Shown one piece after another: positions 16,102 to 24,961 of a stretch of DNA of 31,461 nt (position 1 is the stretch's first letter; the number at the start of each line of letters is the position of its first letter). Position numbers and translations under genes: made by a program. A model generated the notes under the pieces. It was given only the letters and a program-made list of their open reading frames with translations, ran no database searches and was not told the DNA's origin. Source of the stretch: Leptospirales bacterium (GTDB taxonomy: Bacteria; Spirochaetota; Leptospiria; Turneriellales; JAOUFE01); assembly GCA_040326155.1 (NCBI GenBank), contig JBEQLE010000049.1, positions 1 through 31,461 on the forward strand, read 5' to 3'.

Positions 16102-16575
16102 ATGAATTCAAAAACAATATCTATTATCGCAATTTTTCTATGGGTAGCGACCATTTCTATTATTGGTTATCGCTTTATAAAAGGAAATGCACAACAAGTA
16201 GAATCGATGGAAGATACTCGTATGGCTATTACCTTGACTCCCGATGAAAAATCACATGTTTTGGGAGAGATGAGAGCCATGTTAAATTCTATTCAGGGAA
16301 TCGTCGCTGGTCTTGACCAGGGTGACATGAAAATGGTTTCTGAAGCGGCTCTGGAGAGCGGAACCGCACATATGGTTGATACGGACCCCCGATTGATGAT
16401 GAAGCTTCCTTTGAGTTTTAAAAAACTCGGCATAGGCTCCCATGAATACTACGACAAAATTTCAGAAGTGGCGCTCGCCGACGGTTCCCAAAAAAAAATT
16501 CTCTCGATGTTGAATTCCCAGCTGCAAACATGCATTGCTTGCCATGACACTTTTCAGTTTGTAACCGAACCATAA
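16102..16575 (+). CDS. Membrane-anchored monoheme cytochrome c (class II / cytochrome c'-like)
   Basis: N-terminal TM/signal segment, helical body and a C-terminal CIACH heme-binding motif. Confidence 0.8.
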   Translation: MNSKTISIIAIFLWVATISIIGYRFIKGNAQQVESMEDTRMAITLTPDEKSHVLGEMRAMLNSIQGIVAGLDQGDMKMVSEAALESGTAHMVDTDPRLMMKLPLSFKKLGIGSHEYYDKISEVALADGSQKKILSMLNSQLQTCIACHDTFQFVTEP

Positions 16576-16672
16576 TTAAAGTTGAACCGACCGAAAATTG
16601 CTAAAAATCGAAGTAATGGAATAGTTTTTTCTTTACAAGAATAGCTATTATCATTACATTGAATTCGATTAT

Positions 16673-17635
16673 ATGAATAAACGAAAAATACAAAACGGTC
16701 CAGAATTAACTGAAATTGGTATCGGCACCTGGGCCATCGGCGGACCCTGGGCTCACGGCTGGGGTCCACAAGATGACGAAGATTCCATAAAAGCGATAAA
16801 AACAGCACTCGACCAGGGTATCAACTGGATTGATACAGCTCCCGCTTACGGGTATGGTCGCGCCGAACAAGTTGTGGCTCGCGTGGTGGGAAAAAACCGA
16901 CCAGAAACATTTATAGCAACCAAGTGTGGTCTGGTTTGGAATGACAAGAAAAAAATGAAAATCAGGTTAACCAGCGACTCGATTATCGAAGAGTGCGAAA
17001 ACAGCCTGCGCAGACTAAACACAGATTACATCGACCTCTACCAGATACACTGGCCTGACCCGAGAACTCCTGTTGAAGAAGCATGGCGGGCAATGACCCG
17101 GTTAAAAGATTCAGGCAAAGTAAGGTATATTGGGGTAAGCAACTTTGGTGTGGAGTTATTGAACAAGTGCAATACAATTACCCCGATTACAACTCTTCAA
17201 CCCCCGTACAGCATGGTAAAACGGGAAATTGAAAAAGATATTTTGCCTTGGGGTAAAGAACACAATACCGGGATTCTCGCATACAGTCCTATGCAAGCGG
17301 GAATTCTAACGGGCAAGTTTACCGCCGAAAGGGTAAAAAATTTACCTGAAGACGACTGGCGCAGATACAATCCTTATTACAAAACTCCAGTATTCGAAAA
17401 AATTCTAGAGTTTGTTGAAAAAGTAAAACTCATCGGAGAAAAATACAAAAAAGCGCCTGGCCCGATGGCTGTTAACTGGGTTTTGTCACAACCAGGAGTA
17501 ACCGCCGCCATTGTCGGGGTTCGCAACCAGGAACAGGCCCAAAAAATTACCGAAAGTGCCGGTTGGAGTATTCAAAAAGAAGACCTTGAAACCATAGATA
17601 ATGCATACGATTCTATAGTAAAACCGGTACTATAA
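16673..17635 (+). CDS. Aldo/keto reductase
   Basis: IGIGTWAIGG, IDTAPAYGYG, ATKCG, SLRRLNTDYIDLYQIHWPD, IGVSNF, LAYSPM. Confidence 0.96.
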   Translation: MNKRKIQNGPELTEIGIGTWAIGGPWAHGWGPQDDEDSIKAIKTALDQGINWIDTAPAYGYGRAEQVVARVVGKNRPETFIATKCGLVWNDKKKMKIRLTSDSIIEECENSLRRLNTDYIDLYQIHWPDPRTPVEEAWRAMTRLKDSGKVRYIGVSNFGVELLNKCNTITPITTLQPPYSMVKREIEKDILPWGKEHNTGILAYSPMQAGILTGKFTAERVKNLPEDDWRRYNPYYKTPVFEKILEFVEKVKLIGEKYKKAPGPMAVNWVLSQPGVTAAIVGVRNQEQAQKITESAGWSIQKEDLETIDNAYDSIVKPVL

Positions 17636-17640
17636 TATTA

Positions 17641-18297
17641 CTATTTTTTCGTTTTATTTTTATAATCCCATCGTCTTTGGCGTTGCTTTAAATTGTTAAT
17701 GAACCTCGGTCCGAAAAAAAGCATAAAATTACTGTAAACTATTATCAGGTACAGTTTTCCCATGGGTTCATATATAATAAAGTTATAGATAATCATTGCC
17801 CCTAATATGTACCCAAGCCATTTTAGTTTTACCCGAACAACAAAGTAGTGAATTTCTTGTTCACCAAACAGTGTACATAGAGCCAACATTAATGAGTATT
17901 CAATATTTCTAAAATTTACAACAGGGTAATCTGCTATAAGGGAATAGAGTATGGTTAAAAAAACAGAAAAGAAAAAATAGAAAGTGGTTTTAAATGCTCC
18001 CCAATGTGCTTCCAGGGAATTAAAAATATAATATAAAATCATTAGAAAAAAGGCGGTAAACAGAGTATTTAATGCCCCATCAGGATAAGATAACGGCACC
18101 GCCAGAAAAGTTAACATTCGCCAGACTTCACCTTGTAAGACCAAATGCGGGTATAAAATAAACTTTTGCAGTGATTCTGGATTCGTATAATAAGAGAGCA
18201 TTCCAAACACTTGTAAAATGATCAGATACATTCCGAGGTTGGGTAGAGCAAACCACCCCATTTTTTTTTCTAATTTATCAAGCCAGGTCGGTGTCAT
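17641..18297 (-). CDS. Rhomboid/Derlin-like membrane protein
   Basis: About 6 TM segments and the rhomboid-superfamily WR motif (QGEVWRMLTF). No GxSG catalytic motif is visible. Confidence 0.65.
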   Translation of the reverse strand: MTPTWLDKLEKKMGWFALPNLGMYLIILQVFGMLSYYTNPESLQKFILYPHLVLQGEVWRMLTFLAVPLSYPDGALNTLFTAFFLMILYYIFNSLEAHWGAFKTTFYFFFSVFLTILYSLIADYPVVNFRNIEYSLMLALCTLFGEQEIHYFVVRVKLKWLGYILGAMIIYNFIIYEPMGKLYLIIVYSNFMLFFGPRFINNLKQRQRRWDYKNKTKK

Positions 18298-18324
18298 TAT
18301 TGCCTCATTTTTTATTATAATATA

Positions 18325-18888
18325 TTAAACCAGTACACAGTGTTCCAGGAACGTTTCCATATCAAGGGTCCCGAAAAAAATAAAATTCACAACATGTGGT
18401 ATATCATTATCTGCCAGAAAGTCACGAACAACTGTAGACGAAACTACCGCCGCCAGGTCGGGAGGATATCCAAACACTCCAGTCGAAATTGCCGGAAAAC
18501 CAATGGATTTCAGTCCCTTTTTTTTTGCAAGCATCAAACTGTTACGATAGCAATCTGCAAGTTTCTCTGGTTCACCAGAGTTTCCCCCGGCCCACCGAGG
18601 ACCAACCGTATGAATTACATTTTTGCAGGGAAGATTCCCCGCAGTCGTAATAACCACCTCACCATCAGGTAAACCATCGGGTAGTTCCGTCTGGCGAATT
18701 TTCTTACACTCTTCCAGAATCGCCGGACCTCCAGCGCGGTGAATCGCTCCGTCGACTCCCCCTCCGCCCATCAAACTTCCGTTGGCAGCATTCACAATTA
18801 CATCCAAACTCTCTTTTGTAATGTCTCCTGTCCTGATAAAAACCCGGTCATGGAACAATGATACCATACGCCCACTAAGAAATTTCAC
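18325..18888 (-). CDS. ymdB: Macro-domain O-acetyl-ADP-ribose deacetylase (YmdB-like)
   Basis: GDIT, IVNAANGSLMGGGGVDGAIHRAGG, VIHTVGP, FPAISTGVFGYP. The start may be the ATG at 18867. Confidence 0.93.
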   Translation of the reverse strand: MKFLSGRMVSLFHDRVFIRTGDITKESLDVIVNAANGSLMGGGGVDGAIHRAGGPAILEECKKIRQTELPDGLPDGEVVITTAGNLPCKNVIHTVGPRWAGGNSGEPEKLADCYRNSLMLAKKKGLKSIGFPAISTGVFGYPPDLAAVVSSTVVRDFLADNDIPHVVNFIFFGTLDMETFLEHCVLV

Positions 18889-19087
18889 AAAGCTTTGTCA
18901 AGATGAAAGTTATTAATATTTGGCAGTCCATCAGCCGGGTTTTATACAAGCGTTAAGGTATAATATTCCATCGGTTCAAAGTGCGGAATGCTACCGAAAA
19001 GGTGGTGAACGGCGTAGCCGACTTCGTATGAAAAATTTCATTGCAAGTTAGTTGACTTGTAGAGAACAATGGCATAGAGGTTCGAAT

Positions 19088-19681
19088 ATGAGTAATTATA
19101 ATAAAGGCCTTGAGCTTGAAACAAAATTTATGAATTGGGCTGAAAAAAACCTTGGCTACGAAGATTTAAAATTGAGGCACTTAGTAAATGGGCAGGCAGC
19201 AGTCAGACCTTATGAAATCGATATTCATGGTCTACAAAGACGACCAGCTTATAAAGCTTTAGGGTTTATTGCTTCCGCACTTTTTATTTTAGTATTTTTT
19301 ATAATAGGTGACGAAGAATTGATGACATATAAACTATTTGCTTATATTCATGAACTTTTACCTAAAGGTTTAATTGAATATATTCCACATATTATAATTA
19401 CAAGTTTTATCATGTTTTTAATTTTAGCTAGAAATTATAAAACGGTTGTGTGTATTGAATGTAAAAATTTAAAAACAAAAGTTAAGCGAGAACATGTTCT
19501 AAAATTCCTGGCCGTTATCACTGATATTTACGGAGGAAGTTTACAATGGTCAAAACCGTGTTTATTAATATTTGTATCAGTATCAGAGTACGATCAAGAT
19601 GCATTAGAGCTTGCACACGCAAACGACATTGCCTACTATATAAAGAATACATCATCTGATAATGATTATTCTCTAGTATAA
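19088..19681 (+). CDS. Mrr-like PD-(D/E)XK restriction endonuclease-fold protein with two inserted TM helices
   Basis: KGLELE, EIDIHG, IECK and IFVSVSEYDQDALELA match the Mrr_cat pattern. Two hydrophobic segments lie between D and ExK. AT-rich. ATG at 19088. Confidence 0.7.
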   Translation: MSNYNKGLELETKFMNWAEKNLGYEDLKLRHLVNGQAAVRPYEIDIHGLQRRPAYKALGFIASALFILVFFIIGDEELMTYKLFAYIHELLPKGLIEYIPHIIITSFIMFLILARNYKTVVCIECKNLKTKVKREHVLKFLAVITDIYGGSLQWSKPCLLIFVSVSEYDQDALELAHANDIAYYIKNTSSDNDYSLV

Positions 19682-19765
19682 GTCAATCTGGATAAATTAC
19701 ACCCTCTTCTATACTCCTTTTAGTCTTTGTTATACGCTGTTTCGTCATCGAAAAAGCAAACTGTG

Positions 19766-20093
19766 TTAAAATCCAATTTTTTTCTTTTCTTCTTTTTCTT
19801 GAAAGCCGTATAGTTCTTTAATTGCCGAAAAAATAATATCGATATCTTTTTCGTTTTTCCAGCTCCTGAATTTTACTATAGATCTCCGTTGGGTCATGTA
19901 AAAGTCCGGTTATTTTTACAAAAAATCTCATAATATTGATATTAACCTCAACAGCTTTTGGGCTGCTTAACACAGAAGATAGCATCGCAATTCCATTTTG
20001 AGTAAACGCATACGGTAAATATTTGCTTTGCTTACCGCTCCCTTTTAAGGTCGCAATTTGCGACCTTTGAGAGTCCCACTCTTTTTGAGTCAA
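19766..20093 (-). pseudogene. ORF6N-domain DNA-binding protein remnant
   Basis: LTQKEW..RSQIATL..YLPYAFTQNGIAMLSSVL...VNINIMR.FV is the ORF6N core, and the N-terminal half is absent. A frameshift near 19853 restores DIDIIFSAIKEL...KKKIGF* (stop at 19766). Confidence 0.8.
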
Positions 20094-20201
20094 AAGCAGT
20101 TTTTTTTGAATTTGAATACAAATAATTCAATTATTTTTGCTTCAGGACATTTCAGATTTGCCTGGCCTTGCTATAGACCCTGAATTTCCAGGAGCGGCAA
20201 T

Positions 20202-20636
20202 TTAAGAAAGTAAGTTTTTTGCCAGACCAGAGGCGACTTTACCATCGAACTGGTTTGGGTATTTCTCTTTTAAGGCAGCCATTACCTGACCCATCATTTT
20301 AGGGGACTTCTCCGGAAGTGTTGAAATAATTTCTTCAATGGCTTTTTTTAAATCTTCTTCGGACAGCGGTTCAGGCAAATAAGATGTAAGAATCTTCTTT
20401 TCGACTTTTTCTTTTTCGGTGTCTCGATTGTCTTTTTCAAGTAAGGTTATACTTTCATTAATTCCTTTCAGGAATTTTTTTACAATGGCAGAGACCTCAT
20501 CTTCGCTAGGTTCCCGGTTGCCCGCGTCTTTTCCCACCATTTTAGCCTCAGAAATAACGGTAGTCAGTAAATTTGCTGTAACCGTATCACGCGACTTACG
20601 CGCTTCCATATTGTCTTTTTGCATTTTCTCAAACAT
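20202..20636 (-). CDS. GatB/YqeY domain protein
   Basis: Typical YqeY features: EKKILTSYLPEPLSEEDL, MMGQVMAALKE, DGKVAS. Confidence 0.9.
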   Translation of the reverse strand: MFEKMQKDNMEARKSRDTVTANLLTTVISEAKMVGKDAGNREPSEDEVSAIVKKFLKGINESITLLEKDNRDTEKEKVEKKILTSYLPEPLSEEDLKKAIEEIISTLPEKSPKMMGQVMAALKEKYPNQFDGKVASGLAKNLLS

Positions 20637-20719
20637 ATTACCCTCTTAAAAAATTATTAAATAAGTATTTACGAAACAATGAATACTCTATCGTGTTGTC
20701 AATTCTTTTGACAATCACC

Positions 20720-21601
20720 TTAACACTTGTCCATGCATTTTTCAGACTCATATTCAATTTCAATAGTGGAGTGAAATTTACCATACTCTTCCAGAGTTTT
20801 TCGAATAGTAGAACGAACCTGAGAAATTGTTTTTTTATTCACGGGGTCATTTATACAAATGTGAGCCGTAAATATATGGTGAATACTGTCGAGAGTCCAA
20901 ACATGCAGATCGCAAATATAAGATACATTTTTAACTTTTTCAATACTCTGCCTTAACTTACCCATATCAATATTAGCAGGCGCTTTCTGAATAAACATCA
21001 TTATAGAGCTTTTCAGGTTTATAATAACTTTTACCAATATATATATCGTAATGCCGATTGATGTAAGCGGGTCTAGTATGGGAACATCATAAAATCTCAT
21101 TATTATAGAAATTACCAGAACCGCAACCCATCCGAAAACATCTTCAAAAAAATGCAGCGTCATAACTTTTGAATTCAAACCTTCGTTTTTCTTCATTTTA
21201 AAAATAGCGGCGCCATTTACGACTATCCCTAAAATTGCAATGGCGCTCATTCCGGTTACATTCGGGTCAACAGGACTTTGCAGCCTGCCAATAGCATACC
21301 ATAAAATAAAAATCGATCCTGTAAACATAACAAGGGAGTTCGTAAAAGCGCTTAGCAGGGGAAGCCGCGCAAGACCATACGTAAGTGAGTTATCATCGAC
21401 TTTTTTATTGGAATATTTTTCAGAAAACCAGGCAAAAGACAATATCAACGCATCACCCAGATCATGAAAAGCGTCTGCAAGTACAGTCATGGAATTTGTC
21501 AGAAATCCCGCAATAAATTCTATTATAGAGAACCCGATATTCAATATTACCGCGATCTTGATGTTTTTTATCTGGTTGTGATTGTGGCTGTGATCGTGCA
21601 T
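20720..21601 (-). CDS. Cation diffusion facilitator (Zn/Co/Cd efflux, CzcD/ZitB-like)
   Basis: His-rich N-terminus, LADAFHDLGD, LHFFEDVFGW, DLHVWTL, HSTIEIE. Confidence 0.93.
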   Translation of the reverse strand: MHDHSHNHNQIKNIKIAVILNIGFSIIEFIAGFLTNSMTVLADAFHDLGDALILSFAWFSEKYSNKKVDDNSLTYGLARLPLLSAFTNSLVMFTGSIFILWYAIGRLQSPVDPNVTGMSAIAILGIVVNGAAIFKMKKNEGLNSKVMTLHFFEDVFGWVAVLVISIIMRFYDVPILDPLTSIGITIYILVKVIINLKSSIMMFIQKAPANIDMGKLRQSIEKVKNVSYICDLHVWTLDSIHHIFTAHICINDPVNKKTISQVRSTIRKTLEEYGKFHSTIEIEYESEKCMDKC

Positions 21602-21755
21602 TCTCTTACTATAAGATAGTCATCATTTAGCGGCGCGTAAAGCAATTTATTATATGCCCACCGACCCTATGGCCATAAAGACGTTAAATGTACCTATTTT
21701 ATATATTATATTGACACTTCCATCAATTTTATAAATACGACTTTGTAACGAAGGG

Positions 21756-23594
21756 ATGAAAAAAAATATATTTTATATAATCATTATAGCCTTATACTCT
21801 ATAATTCTGTCGCCTTCAGGAGCCGCTCTTTATTCCATCCCCACAATTCAACTAGCCGACCAGAATAAATATAATCTTGCCGGAAATTCGGAATATTATG
21901 AAGACAAAGAAGGCGCATTAACCATTGAAGAAATAACCTCACCGGCTTATAAAACTTTGTTTCAACCCGTAAAAAGAGAGGTACCCCATTTTGGAGTTTC
22001 CAGCTCGACGTATTGGTTAAGGTTTAATGTAGAAAACCTCTCTCAAGTAGAGTCCTGGATATTTGATGTCAATTTTCATGGTTTGAAATCCGTAGAAATT
22101 TACATCGATGCCGATAAAAAATTTCAATGGATAGAAACCGTTGGTTTAGCCTTTCCCTTTGAGCAACGAAAAATTAAGGTTACAAGCCTTGCTTTTCCTA
22201 TCGAATTACAAACTGGAATTACTCGAAATTTCTATTTAAGAATTACATCCGATCTTTCCTTTAAGCTGCCGATTTCCCTGCATACGGAAGAAAATTTTTG
22301 GAATAAAGTAACTACAGAAACTTTCTTTTTTGGTGTTTATTTCGGAATCGTTTTAATTATGCTTCTATACAATGCATTTTTGTATTTTTTTATTCGGGAC
22401 CGGGTCTATGCATATTATACATTATACATACTTTGCAATTACTTATTTTTATACACTTTTATCAGCGGTCATATTTTCCTGGTATTCAGCTTTGGTTCGT
22501 TTTATATGTTAAATCTGGTTTTTCAGCAAACCTGGACTCTAGGTCTTATTTTTGCCATATTTTTCACCAGAAGTTTCTTACACACCGCTTTAAAGCACCC
22601 CGTCATTGACAAATTACTGTTTTTTCTTTCTTCAGTAATGGTTGTTTCCCTGATATTAAATCCATTTCTCGACACAACTACCTCATTAAAAATCAACCTC
22701 GTTTACTCCCTGGTAACTCGAACCTTTTTATTTGTTATTTCTTTAATAGCCTGGATGCGAAAAAATAAAAGCGCCCGTTTTTTTCTTATCGCCTGGACAG
22801 CCATTATTGTAGCAATTATTATTGCAGATCTTCGCGTTATGGCTCTTATACCCAGCAATTTTTTTACCGAATATTTTATGTTTTTTGCGAGTGCGCTTGA
22901 CCTGCTTCTATTTACCATCGCCCTTGGCGACCGAATACAAATTTTAACCATTGAAAAAGACACCGCCCAGAAAGATCTCATTTCGCAGAGAACACGAATT
23001 GCTCGTGAAATTCATGACGCAGCCGGGTCGGAACTTACAGAAATGATTGTCTACCTGGAGTCGATTGGGAAAAAATCAAAGACAGCATCTAAAATTTACG
23101 GGCGATTAAAAATTCTGATACAAAAAATTCGTGATATGGTATTTCTATTAAATAAGACTGAAAACTTTTCCGCTGTCATAGATATGGAAATAAAGCTATA
23201 TATCAATCGGTTATCAGAGTTAAGAAAACTCACTTTGCGCTACAGGCTGGAGCAGATTGGCGGCAATTTAACTTCCGATCAAGCTTTGCACCTTTTTCGA
23301 ATTTTTCAAGAGTGGATGTCGAATGTTCTTCGTCACGGAAAACCCTCGCAAATTGAGATCAGGATACAGAAGAAAGGTCGTTACTTATACTTTACAGTGT
23401 ACAACGATGGAACCTCTTTCTCATGGAACGAGAGCAGAGGCTTAGGTGGGATGGGTCTGAAAAACATTGAAGAAAGGAGTATTCTTCTGGGTTCCCGATT
23501 TAGAATATTCAGCGATAAGCAAAAAGGAACTCTATTTATTCTGCAAAAACAAATTATAAAGAAACTGAGTCATAAAACAATAAAACATGGGTAA
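21756..23594 (+). CDS. 7TM-DISM sensor histidine kinase (HisKA_3 type)
   Basis: 7TMR-DISM extracellular and 7TM regions (YWLRF, YNAFLYFFIRDRVYAYY, ARFFLIAW), then RIAREIHD, QEWMSNVLRHG, NDG and GMGLKNIEER. Confidence 0.9.
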   Translation: MKKNIFYIIIIALYSIILSPSGAALYSIPTIQLADQNKYNLAGNSEYYEDKEGALTIEEITSPAYKTLFQPVKREVPHFGVSSSTYWLRFNVENLSQVESWIFDVNFHGLKSVEIYIDADKKFQWIETVGLAFPFEQRKIKVTSLAFPIELQTGITRNFYLRITSDLSFKLPISLHTEENFWNKVTTETFFFGVYFGIVLIMLLYNAFLYFFIRDRVYAYYTLYILCNYLFLYTFISGHIFLVFSFGSFYMLNLVFQQTWTLGLIFAIFFTRSFLHTALKHPVIDKLLFFLSSVMVVSLILNPFLDTTTSLKINLVYSLVTRTFLFVISLIAWMRKNKSARFFLIAWTAIIVAIIIADLRVMALIPSNFFTEYFMFFASALDLLLFTIALGDRIQILTIEKDTAQKDLISQRTRIAREIHDAAGSELTEMIVYLESIGKKSKTASKIYGRLKILIQKIRDMVFLLNKTENFSAVIDMEIKLYINRLSELRKLTLRYRLEQIGGNLTSDQALHLFRIFQEWMSNVLRHGKPSQIEIRIQKKGRYLYFTVYNDGTSFSWNESRGLGGMGLKNIEERSILLGSRFRIFSDKQKGTLFILQKQIIKKLSHKTIKHG

Positions 23595-23629
23595 ATACAC
23601 ATTGAAAAAACCTTGACGCTGCCCTTTAG

Positions 23630-23650
23630 CTTTTAAGTCTAACTTAAAAG
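23630..23650. promoter_or_regulatory. Inverted repeat (candidate operator) upstream of rseC-rnf
   Basis: cttttaagt-cta-acttaaaag has perfect 9-bp arms and lies just downstream of a TTGACG (23613-23618). Confidence 0.45.
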
Positions 23651-23687
23651 AGTACCAAAATAGGTTCTGTTTCTACGGAGGCGCCGC

Positions 23688-24101
23688 TTGAAAGGCCAAA
23701 TCGTTTCAAAAGATAACACAGGTAAGCTTAAGATTGCTTTAATGCAGGAAGCTGACGACAACTGTAAAGCATGCGGAATGGGTGATTCCTGCGGTCTTAC
23801 TAAACTCTCGTACCTTGAGGTGGATAATGGACCGGAGGTAGAAAATTTGAATATCGATGATTATGTTGATGTAGAAATACCTTCAAAACTATTCTTTTGG
23901 TTAACGAGCTCGGTTTATATTTTACCTCTTTTTACTATGCTTTTCGGCGCTATTATAGCATCCTTTGTATTTCCTCTCGGCGGGGACAAAGTGGCTATTG
24001 TCGGTGGGTTTTCCGGTTTTGCTGTAGGAATAATTTTTAACGTTTTTTTAAATAAATACTTATCACTCCAACGGATTGTACAAATCAGGAGATTGGCATG
24101 A
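23688..24101 (+). CDS. rseC: RseC/MucC family protein
   Basis: CKACGMGDSC, VYILPL and two TM segments. GGAGG RBS before a TTG start; first gene of the rnf operon. Confidence 0.85.
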   Translation: MKGQIVSKDNTGKLKIALMQEADDNCKACGMGDSCGLTKLSYLEVDNGPEVENLNIDDYVDVEIPSKLFFWLTSSVYILPLFTMLFGAIIASFVFPLGGDKVAIVGGFSGFAVGIIFNVFLNKYLSLQRIVQIRRLA

Positions 24102-24961
24102 ATGAATTAGTAAATGGATGGCAAGAAATTGCAATTACAGCGGCAAGTCTCGCGGGTATCGCTTTTCTCGCCGGGGTAGCTCTTTATTATGCGGCGAAAG
24201 TTTTTGCCGTTGAAGAAGACCCCATGGTCGAGGCAATCGAAGATATTCTTCCAGGCGCAAACTGCGGAGCCTGTGGCGTACCTGGTTGTTTCAGCTTTGC
24301 CGAAAAAGTCGCAAAAACCAAAGATATGAGCCTCTACTGTCCGGTCGGTGGCCAGGAACTTTCTGACGATATGGCCGACTTGATGGGCCTCGAAGCCGTG
24401 GAACAAGATAAATTGGTCGCCCGTGTTATGTGCCAGGGTGGAAATTTCAGTACTCGTACCGGGCAATACCAGGGAATTAAGTCCTGCTCAGCAGTTTCAA
24501 CTATTCACCAGTATGATCTTACCTGCCCCTATGGGTGTTTTGGTTATGGTGATTGCGTTACTTCCTGCGATTTTGACGCTATTCATATAATAAACGGTGT
24601 TGCCCTCGTTGATGAAGAAAAATGCACCGCATGCGATGCCTGTGTAATTGACTGTCCCATCAACATTATAGAGATGCAACCTTACGATAAGACGGTTTTT
24701 ATTGCATGTAAATCTATTGACTCCGGCGGCGCCGTAAAAAAATATTGCGAAGTTGGATGTACCGGTTGTAAAAAATGTGTAAAAGCCTGCGAGCATGAAG
24801 CTATCCATTTCGATAGTTTTCTTGCAACAATAATTCCCGATAAATGTACAAATTGTAACGATTGTGTAGATAAATGCGATACCCATACTATAGTCATTTC
24901 TAAAGATGGAATTGCGCAAATTAAGGATAAGTTGGTAGAGAATGCTGAAGTCAACGTTTAA
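24098..24961 (+). CDS. rnfB: Rnf complex subunit B
   Basis: N-terminal TM, LPGANCGACGVPGC and multiple 4Fe-4S motifs. Confidence 0.95.
   Translation: MNELVNGWQEIAITAASLAGIAFLAGVALYYAAKVFAVEEDPMVEAIEDILPGANCGACGVPGCFSFAEKVAKTKDMSLYCPVGGQELSDDMADLMGLEAVEQDKLVARVMCQGGNFSTRTGQYQGIKSCSAVSTIHQYDLTCPYGCFGYGDCVTSCDFDAIHIINGVALVDEEKCTACDACVIDCPINIIEMQPYDKTVFIACKSIDSGGAVKKYCEVGCTGCKKCVKACEHEAIHFDSFLATIIPDKCTNCNDCVDKCDTHTIVISKDGIAQIKDKLVENAEVNV

Noticed and set aside
18325..19681. Macro domain plus nuclease as a two-gene defence system
   Set aside because: The genes are divergently transcribed with different base composition, and the macro protein is an ordinary YmdB-like housekeeping enzyme.
18900..19745. 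Integron cassette / attC sites around the nuclease gene
   Set aside because: Only short hairpins and GTT-containing words are present; there are no convincing paired RYYYAAC/GTTRRRY boxes and no integrase.
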